DNA of 52,459 nt, filler included, from Sphacelaria rigidula (Eukaryota), in the NCBI GenBank assembly GCA_964200075.2. It is 3 parts of 3 records of this genome, joined end to end, with 100 filler letters (N's around TTAATTAATTAA, not from the genome) between each part and the next. Parts side by side here need not be neighbours in the genome. Positions count along the whole stretch, not along the records: positions 1 to 17,422 come from CAXNAA020001090.1; positions 17,523 to 34,944 come from CAXNAA020001091.1; 1 more part is not named here. The stretch is one strand, 5' to 3'. Under the pieces are notes generated by a model that worked only from the letters and a program-made list of their open reading frames with translations, was not told the DNA's origin and ran no database searches. Position numbers and translations under genes: made by a program. How positions within the stretch are numbered: position 1 is the first letter of the stretch; each line of letters opens with the position of its first letter. Shown piece after piece: positions 10,859 to 22,839 of this stretch.

Positions 10859-12700
10859 ATGTCGAGGCGGTACATGATCTCTTTGCGGCACAACGCAACG
10901 CCCACCACTCTGATCCGGACGCCGACATTGCCGAAAAAGATCAGGATGACGAAGGTTGGACCCCGACGACTGCCGACTTCCGCGGCAGGAAAAATACCAG
11001 GAGAGACGGCGATGACAACGAGGGAGGAGGCTCACGCCGCCGCCATGCTGGTGGAGGATCCTCCTCGGGTGGATCCGGACCGAACCGCTCGGGTCGCAAT
11101 ACCCGCGGTCCGAACCGAAAACAAACGGAGGCAGTTCTTCCGGATCTTCCGGGAAATCTTGGAACCGGTGTGGCACAGACCCGCCCCTTCGGGTTCGGCA
11201 ACAACTAGGCAAGTGACACCCAAGTTGGCCGATGTTTCGGCTCGCATTTTGGGTTTATCTGATACGGACACACCAGACCGCCCATTGTCTTCCACTGCAG
11301 CCCGGGCCTTAGCAACCGCCGTGGCTGATGAAGAACGTTCCGAAGCTTGTAAAAGAGCAGCTTCCGCTGAAATCGAGTCTGCTCGAGTAGCTGCAATACA
11401 GAGACAGTACATTCAGATGGATGTCAAAAAGCTTTGGCATATTGGAACCATGCCTGCTGCAGATAACGAAGATTCGGAACAGTTTGGTTCTGCTCTCATC
11501 ACATCAATTCGCCGTACCGTTCGCAATATCCTTCAGTCAGCGGACGCAACTGGCGCGCAACGTTTTGAAGATCAGATTTGGGTAGAGGGCTGGCAGACCC
11601 CATTGCATAAAGCATTGCATAAATCCATCAGCCGCCGCTTTCCCGACACTGCTGCTTCCCTCACACATATCATTGACGGATTCCTCACCGAGATGGATTC
11701 GAATCGTGCCAAGGGGAACACAGGCCCAACATTACTCGCTGATTTGGAAGGGCGTCTCGTAGGTTACTTCGACCGGAGCGACCAAGCGAGCGCCATCCAA
11801 GGACTAAGCTCTTTTTCTGTCGCATCGGATGTCCCCTTCGCGGATTATCTTCGTGAATTTAAGCTTTTAGTCTCCGGTACTACGGATATCGGACGCCAAA
11901 ATGGACCAAGCGTCGCGATGTGCCATATGTTCGCAATAGCGTTGCACAGCAGTCTCCAGCTCTGATGCCGTCGTTGTTCCCGGGTGTCTTGGCGCGTCGC
12001 GAGGTGCATCACGCCTCCGTAGATGCAATGTGGTCTGCTTTTGTACACCAAGAGGGTAACCTAACCCCCGCGATACGTGGCATACCTTCTACGCCTCTGC
12101 GTTCACAACCCACGGTTGTGTCTTCCGCGAACGCCCACGCGTCTCGCGGCAGGAATTCTAGTTCATCTCGCACTTCATGAACCCCCAATTCGGTCGCCAG
12201 TTCAGTTATGCATGTTCAGAGTAACAGAGATGCATTTAGTGCGAGTTTCGATGGTTGACCATTCTCCGAAGAAACTTTGGATGATGTTTACTTGACGTCA
12301 ACGGCGACATTTACTGCGGATGACCTTGTCCAACTTGTGGAACCCACTTCTTCCGTCTCCTGCTAGACGCAACGCCTTCAGCAGTCATGCCAACAGTTGC
12401 ATCAACTGTAGTGTTCAAGGTCACAGTATGCGCGACTAACTGCGACAGCCCATGCATCAATGCCTTTGATCTCAAGAACCCTGAACTGCAGGACAATGAA
12501 CCCGCGTGGCGCCGATAGCAAAAACGAATGCGCGACTATCGCCAGCCGAGTCGAAATTCTCGCAATCATTCGAACCAACGAGGCAACAATCGCTTTAATC
12601 GCGATCGCCGACAAAACAACAGTAATGCAAGCCCTCGCTAGAGAGATGATTCTTCTCGCGACAGCAAACGATCCGCTGATAGATATCAGCGGAAGGGACC
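10859..12700 (+). pseudogene. gag: Gypsy gag, frameshifted
   Basis: A 368-aa ORF with a retrotransposon-gag-like helical region (FADYLREFKLLV). CX2CX4H knuckle CINCSVQGHSMR at 12398, with the last Cys displaced by an apparent 4-nt insertion. Confidence 0.7.
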
Positions 12701-12866
12701 GACACAAAGCTCGAACCCCAACACCAGAAACTTACCTTCACTACGGATCGCATAGACCCATGACGTGCCGACGCTGGCGTTCTAAATTATTCCGCGCCTC
12801 CGGCAGCACTTGCGAAGATTGTTTCAGCACAGCCCGCGGAGCCGGTGACTAAGATTACTCACCCGA

Positions 12867-13121
12867 CGCTCCCGGCACTATCCGGGAGCGCAATAGACGG
12901 CCGTTCAAATCGACCCCTGCCTCCACCCTCCACACACTCCCCGGCACTATCCAGGAGCGCAACAGACGACTGTTCGAATCGACCCCCGTCTCCACCCTCC
13001 ACACACCTTTCAACACAGCCCGCAGAGCCCGCGACTGAGATTGCTCGCCCGGCTCCCCCGGCACTATACAGGAGCACAAGTGACGGCCGTTCATATCGAC
13101 CCCCGTCGCCACCCCTCCACA
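12867..13121 (+). repeat. Three imperfect ~70-bp repeats in the gag-protease spacer
   Basis: CCCGGCACTAT.C.GGAGC.CAA..GACG.C.GTTC.AATCGACCCC...CCACCC occurs at ~12870, ~12940 and ~13057. Confidence 0.8.
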
Positions 13122-14066
13122 TATCACGTAACAGTTGTGTCACCCCGCGACTCAAACGTACACTCAGCCCTGAACTTGGTCCTTCAGTACCGAGTATGAA
13201 TCTGAGGTGTGGGAGCACCGACCGCCACTCCCTGAGGCAAAGGCTTCCCCCAGCGACCGCACGCACAGGTAGTAGCATGCCTTCTTCAGCTAACCTGAGT
13301 GTTTAGCGAACTTCAGCTAACTTGATCAGTCGGATCGAGCTCCTTCCCCGCAATTTTCAACTCGCGCAGAACTACCCTTGGCCGGTTCTAGTAGCACCTG
13401 CCGTAAATTACCTTCGGCTATGATTCTCCAGCCAAGCTCGCCTACAGAAAGCCCACATGTTTCGCTCGATCATGCCCCAATGCTGACCCCATCCACCCGA
13501 TTGGACGCAGTTTTCGTATCATCCCAAACTGTTTAGGAAGTTCCCCGACCGTTGTCACGGCGACAGAGGAAGCCCCGTAAGCATGCCCCCAAGGGCGCGC
13601 GCGCATCATCACGTACACCTCTCTCGAGCGGAAAGCCTCGACCTTGATCCCTCGAAAATGTGACAACTTTGAGCTCGACGGCCCTATCAAATATCACACG
13701 AGAAACAAAATGAAATATTTCTGACGTCACTGCTTCTTCAATCGACGACTCCAGCACCGCACAATCTGGATCCCCCTTGGACGGTGATCCCTGTCAACCG
13801 AAGACGACCTATCACGAAATCGCTAGTGATCACTCTAACCGTGCCACACCTGAAAATAATATACCACCTACCCCCTTCTCTGGTGAGGAATCTGACCCAC
13901 CGGCGGATCGCCCGCCGTCCGTTTTTGCTGTCAGCCCCGCTGACCCTGACCAATTTACCTTGCCGGAACACGGTCCGGACCTCGTCGGTGGTAAAGTGTC
14001 TGTGGATCCAACCAGTTTCGCTACACGCGTCGCGATCCACTCTGGTCCACACGCCACCACACGAAA

Positions 14067-14361
14067 TGCGTATCCTTGCTGGACAGCGGTAGCCCGCAAA
14101 CATTCATTCGATAATCAACATGGGAACACATGAAACCGACTGGCGCTGCTACTGCAGCTTGCGAAATGACCATCCAACCTCGAGTATGGGGCGGTTTCGG
14201 TGGTTCTACCGCACCCCTGAGGACACGAAAATCCGTACGTCTCAGTGTACAATTTTTCACAAGACCACTCGTTCTGCCAGCCTGGCCATTTGGGCATACA
14301 TTGTCCCCGACAGCACCATGCATCATGCCATATTATTAGGCAGAGATAGCTATATGCGGTT
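14067..14361 (+). pseudogene. Retropepsin-type aspartic protease of the Gypsy element
   Basis: Read directly from DNA: tgc gta tcc ttg ctg gac agc ggt agc ccg caa aca ttc att = CVSLLDSGSPQTFI (DSG at 14082-14090). Downstream AYIVP...HAILLGRD. Frameshifted. Confidence 0.85.
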
Positions 14362-15129
14362 TGATGACCGAACCTACCGCACGCTTCCACCGCCACCGCC
14401 ACACTCCACGCCTCGTGGAGAATTCAACCTCAAGCACTTTGGTACAATCCATGGCGCATAGGCCTACCAAAAGAATACTCAAGCGACTGGAGCCGCTCAC
14501 CACCTACGATACAACGGTAGTAATGGTATTGCCCTCTTCGACGATCCTCAACTATTAGAAGTTGCACTAGTTCGCCGAAATGGCATGTCTGCACTTATGG
14601 GTCATTATCTTGCCGAAATGTTACCCCGTATTGGCGCCCCAGCCGACACGGAGCACTTTGTCTCGGCGGGACAGCAACTCCTCTCTCTTATGGGTCACGC
14701 TAACTTGGAACCCGGCGACATTCAAGGAATCGCCGATGCTCCCCTGATGCACATCCCACTTGAGACGTGCGTAACAGAGCCTGCCGAGCCCAACCTAGCA
14801 TCTCCGACGGGGTCGGTCCATTGTGTCAGTGAACCTTATTTCGACCTCGCCTCTGCGACTCCACCCCAGGTCCACGCCGTGCATCCTGCCTAGTCAAATA
14901 CCGAACCTCCTGTTGAAGTGCTTCAACGCTCATCACCAGATACTCGGAATAGTTTCTTGCAAATGTGAAACAAGCTGCCGCCACACATGCGTGATATCAA
15001 TTTTCACCTCCATGGTCCCGGCTGGGAACCAGCCGTCATCCAAGGACTCAGTGATGTCCTGCTACAGTACCAAGATCGATCTAAGACGAATCTCGGGCAT
15101 TGCGAAACGCTGGCCTTTGAAGTTACACC

Positions 15130-16862
15130 CCAACCCGGCGTCTCGCAAATGTATTCTCGACCATACTGGACAAACCCAATCCTTACCTAAAAAGTAAATG
15201 CCATCTTAGATGCATATTTGTGAGCGGGACAAATACAACATTCCTCCTCTCCTTGAGCCTTGCCACTTGTGGTCGTTCCCAAAAAAGATGGAAACATACG
15301 CATATTCGTGAACTACCAACGGTTGGACCGCATCACTGTGGTTGGTAAACTTCCAGTTCCCCGCATCGATGAGGTATTCGATTCCTTAGGCGAAGGAAAA
15401 CTATTCAGCACTTTCGACCTCGATTCTGGATTCTCCCAGAACGCTGTCCACCCTGACAAAGTCCCACTCACGGCCTTTGGTACCTTGTCCGGGCTCTACG
15501 AGTGGTTTCGAATGCCACAAGACGCTGCCACTGCTCCGGGATGCTTTCAACGATTAATGCAACGAACACGGGATCTTACAAATTGGGGATGGATCATTTA
15601 TTGGGGATGAGAAACCCGGAGGATTAAAATCTTCGTATCCACACGAAATCTTCGAAATATGGTCCAACTTCTTCACCTACTGACAGCTATTGACAACTGC
15701 TACACGCCGTACAAATTTGGATTTCGATCACCAAAAGTTTGGGGTCCTGGGTGAAAAACCAATTGAGGGGAATTTCGGGTGTCCGAACGGACGCCAAAAT
15801 GGTTCCGAAATTGGTTTCTCACCCAGGACCTCGACATTTCGGTAATCGAAATCCAAATTTATATGGCGTGTAGCAGTTGTCAAAAGCTATTAGTAGGTGA
15901 AGAAATGGGCCCATATTTCGAAGATTTCGTGTGGATACGAAGGTTTTAATTCTCCCCGTGTCTCATCCCCAATAAATGATCCATCCTCAATTTGCAAGAT
16001 CCCGTGTTAACGCGTCACCGAGGGACTCGAGCACATCATGTACCTAGATGACGCTATCGCTTTCGATGCCTCACCTATTGCACACATCCGCACTCTACGA
16101 TAGTTTCTCTCTCGCCTACGAACACACGACTTGAAACTGTTTCCATCCAAAGCTCGCCTTGGTGCGACTGACTTGGACTTCCTGGGGCATTCCATTTCGC
16201 CAGCAGGCCTGCATCCGGATACAAACAACGTCAGGGCGATGACTGACTTGCCGGTCCCAACCAATATTTCTCAACTTCGTCCATTGTTGGGCGGACTATC
16301 CTACTACCGCAAATATTTTCCGAATTTATCTACCGCAAACGGATTCACCCCCTTACTGCGTTACTCAAGAAAAGAGCCGTGTTTGCCTTCACCACCGATA
16401 TGGAAAATATCACCCGCAAATTGCTGAAAACGCTTACCCAAAAGTCGGTACTCTGTTTTTCTGATTAGGAGGCAGTACAAGATGACTCTCGCCTTTTCCA
16501 ATTCCACACTGACGTCAGCACAGACGGATTTGGAGGAGATTTGAATCAACCTCAGGTGGCTCCATTCGACCCATCCTCTACATCAGCCGCGCCACCCTGC
16601 CCAACGCGGCCAACTGGAGCCCGCTCTAGAAGTGGAAGGCGGAATAATCACCTGGGCCATTGAGCGCCTTCGACAATATCTGTTTCACGTGCCCTTTGGG
16701 ATTTACACGGATCATGAGGCACTCGAACAACTCGCCAAGGTTGGCGAACACAACCCGCGTGTACAACGATGGTTGGAGTTACGAACAGCATACGAGTATA
16801 CCATTAAGCGCCGTCCAGACAAAGCCAACGGGAACGGTGATCTTCTTTCCCGACTACCCCTG
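15130..16862 (+). pseudogene. pol: Gypsy reverse transcriptase plus RNase H, split by a MITE
   Basis: PLVVVPKKDGNIR...PVPRIDEV...FSTFDLDSGF...TAF...YEWFRMP...APGCFQRLMQ[MITE]RVTEGLEHIMYLDD...DFLGHSIS...LGGLSYYRKY. RNase H: IYTDHEAL...RVQRW...ANGNGDLLSRLP. Confidence 0.95.
15565..16008. mobile_element. 444-bp palindromic MITE with 4-bp TSD (AACG), inserted in RT
   Basis: AACG|AACACGGGATCTT...AAGATCCCGTGTT|AACG with ~200-bp arms. Removing it plus one TSD restores the RT reading frame. Confidence 0.95.
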
Positions 16863-17364
16863 CCGCCTACGGCCGCAGATGCCAGCTCGGCTTGCCGTTT
16901 AACAGAACCCGATGAACCTGGATTTACCGTATTAGACGTTTTACAACGCCCGTTTATGCCCTCGACCTTCGGTGCCTAGAAACTGGTATGCACATGGGAG
17001 GACCTCGCCCTCTATCATGTGACGCCGTCTTGGGTGGGTTAAAGTCCACTACCTCCGATGTCGTCGACTTCCGCACTTTTATTACTCGCGCGAAGCTTTT
17101 CACGGTTACACCTTCGGCCATCCACCCAATTTCCGACAACACACGCTCCCGGTCTGCCGCCTGCACCACCCCCCGAGTGCCCCGCCGCCACCGATAACAC
17201 CTGAAAATTCCACGAGCCACGTAGCGCCGGTCCGACGGACCGGCACCCAACGCTCCGCGAAAACTACTGCAACGCGCACCGAGCGCCGCGGACAATCTTT
17301 GCCGCGCACTGCTACAACCCCGCCGCCCATAACGGCGCCACCAACATTTGAGCCACTCTACGAT

Positions 17365-17422
17365 AGGGGGGGGGCGTACTCATTTGTTGCTTGCCTTAGT
17401 CGTTCGACTATTAACCACGCAT
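17365..17422 (+). repeat. Dispersed ~60-80-bp motif G(n)CGTACTCATTYGTTGCTTGCCTTAGTCGTTTGACCATTGACCACGC
   Basis: Copies at 10201-10247 (+), 10261-10310 (-), 17365-17422, 17970-18053 and 34866-34944. Confidence 0.9.
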
Positions 17423-17522
17423 NNNNNNNNNNNNNNNNNNNNNNNNNNNNNNNNNNNNNNNNNNNNTTAATTAATTAANNNNNNNNNNNNNNNNNNNNNN
17501 NNNNNNNNNNNNNNNNNNNNNN
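17423..17522. other. Assembly gap spacer (N44-TTAATTAATTAA-N44)
   Basis: Exactly 100 bp with a six-frame stop linker; identical to 34945-35044. Confidence 0.97.
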
Positions 17523-18099
17523 AAGACCCTCCCCACGCCGTACCGACAAAACTGGTCATGGCCTTCGTCGGAGGACGGGGAACGGAGGAGTATTATTACC
17601 CAAAAATATTTCTTGAGGGGAGTCTTGAGAAAAAGTGAGCGTTATTCTCGGACCTCATCTCAGATTTTTAGCTGAGTTTTTAGACTTGTCATTTGAAACT
17701 CGGAATAGGAAATCGCAAAGGCATACTGAAAAAAAAGTGGGTCTTCATTTCTGTAGTTCTTCGAAAGAGCTAAGGACGTTCTTGTGAAAAAGTGGGCTTC
17801 ACTATACGAAAACGTCCTCAACACATAGAAAAAAAAAAGCTCCCATTTTTGAGTTCACTATGCTCTAGCGAGGTCCCACACAAAATTTCGAGAGATATGT
17901 ACAAAACCTGAGGCGGTTAGAGACCTCCGAAATGCTGTTCCGAATTCGACCTGGAGTTTCAAATTTGGTGGGGGGGGCGTACTCATTCGTTGCTTGCCTT
18001 AGTCGTTTGACCATTGACCACGCATCCCTTTCGAGACGGAGCACCGTTCCTACCCCTAATAGAGACACCTCCAACATTCTGGTGCTCATTACTTAATTG

Positions 18100-18473
18100 G
18101 TGGGGGGAATGAATAGGGCACAATGAAGGATATAGTTATTTCGGGACCCTGAGTTTTTTTTTCAGGAGTTGATGGCATTTACTGAAAACTGAAGACTGAT
18201 TACTGCCTTCAACTCATGAAAAGAAAAAAAACTCAGGCTGTCTCATCAAATTGTTTTCGACTCAAAAACGTACGGTGGAATCAAGTTTGCTCGTACCTAA
18301 TACGTCCACGGCAGTCATGTTCTCAACCATCTGAGAACGGAAATAGCGTGAACAAATCAGAAACGAGCGAATTCGATTCGACCACACGTTTTCGACACGA
18401 ATTTTTTTGAGAAGACATGGTGTCAGGGTCCCGAAACTCTTCTGTAATATGCCTTATTTATTCTCCGTACCAC
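18100..18473. mobile_element. ~370-bp MITE-like element with ~50-bp imperfect TIRs
   Basis: GAATGAATAGGGCA...TTTCGGGACCCTGA pairs with TCAGGGTCCCGAAA...TGCCTTATTTATTC. No TSD identified. Confidence 0.6.
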
Positions 18474-19639
18474 TTTTGAAAGTTCAATTCTCAAAATTCA
18501 GGGGAGGCGGGGCCTGCGAAGTACAAACTCGCGTCTAGGCTGGACCAGCTCGTGGTGTCTCGCCAATTCTTGTACAGTATTCGTTGGGTAACTTGCTACA
18601 GCCCAGGAAGACAATACAGTCGTAGGAGAGCTACTGTACTGTAGAAGAAAAGAGAGGCAGACGGCACCGAGTTCATGGGTCGGGCCGTTGGAGAAATAAT
18701 TAAACTCAAATCAGCTATTTTTCCGATGCTGTCCATGATTCTCCAACGGGTTTAACCTGGGATTTCTGTGTTGTTGTACACACATGCGCTACTCAAGCCT
18801 CATGTACCGCAGAGAGGTCAACAAGGTTGAATAGCTCGGGGGGGGGGTTTCATATCGAGGCCCGGTCTGGGCTTCATGTCCCTCCGCCAGCTGGCTACAG
18901 CCCAGAACAGTACAGTATATCGATGATATTTTCACAAGCACCATGTCACCATGAAGCAAGCTTGTGGTACACCTTCAAAAGCGAGCGGTGCTCTAGCACA
19001 CGGGGTTGCACACGCAAGAGAGATAAATGTTTACGTCGGCTGTCCTACGTTCGGTGTGTATCGTGCTTGGTCGTCTTCGCCACTGCATCTCTGAATGATT
19101 TCTGGCCTCGCACCGGCTGCATCTTTACCGCAAGATGCGCCAACCCTGGCCAGGCGGTGGGCATCGCGTGAATACTGTCTGTACGGCACCGATCAACACG
19201 AGCCATCAAGAACAAAAGCACGACGACCAACAATAGGGAGCCAGCAGCATTGATGCTACAGCTGTAATATAGCTCTCTTCTCGGGGTTGTGCCGTCCGCG
19301 AGCATGAAACAACGCACAATGACGACGATAGCACCGTGGAGGGTACAGGGCGAGGAAATCTTATCTGATGCCCGGCCCGCATCCAAAGCCGTGGAGGGTA
19401 CAGGGCGAGGAGGAGCAAGTTGAGCGCAAATGGAGACTGCAACGCCAACCCCGGCCACCGCAACCATACTGCAGGCACAACAACGCTCATAGCGAACGTT
19501 TGGTACAACCCGTATACAGAAAGACAAAGCAATCCTTGTGAGACCGTTTTGTCCCGGACACCACCTCTCCGCAGCACGGTCCTGTAATGCGGCTGCGGGC
19601 GGCAGAAGGCCGGTAAACACGAATGTGACGGTGTCCATA

Positions 19640-19978
19640 CTAAAATTAAGTTTGCGTTATGAAATGCGTTATGAAATTCGGCCCGCACCCATGGACCGAC
19701 CGCCAGGCAGACATCGCGGGTGCATCGATTGTCCTCTTTTTTTTGTTGCTTTTTTTCGCAGGAAGACCACATTTCTGGGGTAGCATATCATCCATCTGTG
19801 AGGAATCGAACCTGCATTTTCCCGACCTGGTGCTTTCAGTTGCACCATAAGGCCAGCGGGGCGCGGTGGCTACGATCATACCTCAACACCCAGGTGGTGT
19901 TAATGCTCCGAGATTCGAACCCACGATCCAGCCGTCAGAAGGTATCGGGGTTACCAACTGAGCCACGGGGGCGACCGG
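19640..19978 (-). mobile_element. tRNA-derived SINE with two tandem A-box/B-box units (dimeric)
   Basis: Unit 1 (19978-19908): TGGCTCAGTTGG...CCTTCTGA...GGTTCGAATCT. Unit 2 (19855-19801): TGGCCTTATGG...GGTTCGATTCCT. A short repeated tail (TTCATAACGCA)x2 lies near 19653-19675. Confidence 0.75.
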
Positions 19979-20057
19979 TGTTTCATCGGTAACGGAAAAT
20001 TCCATGGAATTATGATTTCAAGTTATTATAGTGTTAGGGTTAGGGTTGAGTTTTGAA

Positions 20058-20205
20058 AATACCCGATCGAGTGGTGCGATAGGTATTGAAATCTCGGAAT
20101 ACCGTGGTATCGTGGGTATCGTAGGTACGGCATTTGAACATACCCGATTGGATCGGTATCGGTAGGGTATGAGATGTCCCAAATACCGGTACCGGGTGCG
20201 GTACC
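20058..20205 (+). repeat. Second copy of the GGTAT/ATACC-rich repeat, preceded by TTAGGGTTAGGG
   Basis: Homologous to 4090-4212. Confidence 0.8.
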
Positions 20206-21751
20206 TATCAATATCTTACTTACGGTGCCTGTGCAATTTTGGTTACGTAAGTTATGCGCTGAAAGAACAGCTGCTATCACTCGTAGTACAGAACACCTTC
20301 CACCAGGAGAGACTCACTCGTGTACTCACATATGTTCTTCCATTCTCCGATTGATGGGCACTAGACCGCCGTTGCGAAGATATACGCGAGCCCATCGTGT
20401 TCCGCGTCGCACATCAATTATCCACTGCACTGCTCTGAACTGTTGTGTAGTGCCTGTATCCTAGCTGTTACTTGAGAACCTGAAGTCACGAATTTTCCCC
20501 GCCTCTCAGGAACCAACTCTAAAGGTTCTTCGTTCCAGCAAAAACTGGTTCTTTCTCAAAATTTTGATGCAGCACCGCCTCAGCATAGCAGTCAGCAGCT
20601 TTGCAAGTAACCTTTCGCCATCCTGGCAGTCGTATTCGCAGGTATGTGATGTGGGATTCTTGAAGTACTGAAAAATATGGTTGTTGATATATGTACTGCC
20701 TCTTGGTACACCGTGGAGAGAGTAGCACGCCTCATGTTCATGCCTACTGTCTGCCTGAGTGAACAGTCCGTGCCAAAGACTCTACCTGGTTCTTGCTTTC
20801 AGTTACAACAGTACTCTTCTCGGCCGTTATACCGTGCTGACGGGGTATAACACCCACCCACCACATTCTAATCATGATGTTTTGTGTTGTTCGGGGACTT
20901 CTGGTGTGTGTATAAACTACCCTCACTATGGGGCGTGAGTTGACAATGGTCAGTAGTAATCGTTTCCAACGTTATCTTTCCTCTGATTCCCGCTCGAAGT
21001 ACCGGCGTATGAAGTCAAGCGCATCGCTCTTACAATACTCGTACTCGTACACGATTATAGATTCATGCGCCCGCCTCCAACCTTCAATACAACATGAGTA
21101 CGAGCTAGGCCAACTTAAAGGCGGCTAAGCGTTGCTCAAATCACAGCTTTCCCAGTTTCCCGAATGAACCCGATGTAAGCATATCACTGTGAAGTGTAGA
21201 CCAACCTGGTAAGACACGGCACCGCCGCTGAAAGAGGGGAAAAAAAGGGAAAAAGTGTACTGCATAATAATGTGTATGGGTTTCACGACGGACGAAAAAG
21301 AAAAGAGAATTTGTCGGGACTCGATCTCATTACCTCCATAATTGGAGTCTCCCATCACTTGATTTATAGGGCTGCAGCAGCGTCACGGAAACTGTTGAAC
21401 GCACGGCCCAATTCGACGACCGTTAAGCTGAAATGTCATGAAGACCTTCTGTAACCAAGGAACTGATACTTCACGTGAGCAGCTGCAGATTCTCCTTTTT
21501 TCCTGGACTTACGGCATTATCTTGTTTTTGCTGAAATTTCGAATACTCATAACTTTTCTCTCTCTCTTTTTCTTTGCTGCTCACGTGATCTGCTGCATTT
21601 CGATCATAAAAAGCTGCTGCCAAAATTTCAGCGTCCAACTCCAAATATCGCGCCGTGCGTCGCCTGAGCGAGATTCACGCGTACTCTTGGCTGGCCCAGC
21701 TCGTACTGTAACTGTTTTGTGCTGCTGTGACCGTAACGTATAATTTTCCTA

Positions 21752-22631
21752 TTAGAACCACTTTTATGGCAGGCACGAATCTCGGATTTTTCGAGCATCG
21801 GGGAAAAAAAATCGGGGAACGCGTTTTATGGGCACGGATTCGGACCAGATCGGGAGCGAAAAAATCGGGGGTCACGATCTCGGAACGATTCCCCCCGATT
21901 TCTTCGGACAATGGGGGGAAATCGTTCCGAGATCGTGACTTCCCCCGATTTCTTGAGGTGACGTGCGTGCATTGACGTACAATGCTAGAGTACGAGGCGT
22001 TAGATTTTTTGCAACGGCAACAGCAGAAGACAGTCTCTTGACAGCACAGGGCGGGCAGTAGGCACGCCCCAGCTGCTGAAGCAACTTCGAACTGGGTTTG
22101 ACAAGCGGATAATAAGTGCTGACGCCGTACCCTGCGACGATGGTAATATTTTATGTTGCGCTGCGCTGCCATATGTATCACTATAACGAACGCTACTGTA
22201 CTCTCCTAGCTGTTGTCGCTGTACTTGAGGGGTGATGTACGGCACTGCACTACTGAACTCTGCTCACACACTGTTCTTCTCTGTTCTCGCAATACCGGCT
22301 GTCCCATCATGTACTACCACACGGCATTATCATGTATTGTACTGATGTAGTGTCCTGCGCTGTATTACACTAGGTTACCAATGTACGACACTGCACTCGA
22401 AGGATTAACCTGCCTGCCTGCTCTTCGGCTTCATGCACGAGAACGCAGTACCACACTCATGCAGAAAATGACCGACTATGCACAGAACCGTTTCATAAAT
22501 CTGTGATACTGTACTGTCTGTATCGTATTACGGTCACCCCGATTTTGAGTCCACGAATTTGAGTCCCCCCGATTTTTTCAAAATCGAGGCCCCAAAAAAA
22601 GTGAGATTCGTTGCCATGAAAGTGGGTCTTA
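21752..22631. mobile_element. ~880-bp non-autonomous TIR element, copy 1
   Basis: TIRs TTAGAACCACTTTTATGGCAGGCACGAATCTC and GAGATTCGTTGCCATGAAAGTGGGTCTTA. Subterminal AATCGGG/CCCGATT motifs. Homologous to 24630-25510. Confidence 0.85.
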
Positions 22632-22839
22632 TATGCAATCTCACACACCCGAGCAGGCAAATCCGTGACGGTTGCTGACAAGTGGGCAAGAAGTGGTTAC
22701 AATCCACTGAACCCCGCTGTCTGCACTCCACTGTGCTATCTGATACGTACAACAAAGTGTAGGTTTGGAATACAGATTTGTCATGTACATGTTCGAATAC
22801 GATTTGTCCCGTACTTGTTTGCTCAAGTACCCCCCGAAT

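Larger units (their letters stand above)
10022..17362 (+). mobile_element. Decayed Ty3/Gypsy LTR retrotransposon (LTR-gag-PR-RT-RNase H); integrase and 3' LTR not seen before the gap
   Basis: Domain order is gag zinc knuckle (12398), LLDSGS (14076), RT with YLDD (~16040), then Ty3-type RNase H. Many stops and frameshifts; two nested MITEs. Confidence 0.92.

Noticed and set aside
17423..17522. TTAATTAATTAA motif centred in N runs (also 34945-35044)
   Set aside because: An identical 100-bp construct with stops in all six frames is a scaffolding linker, not biology.
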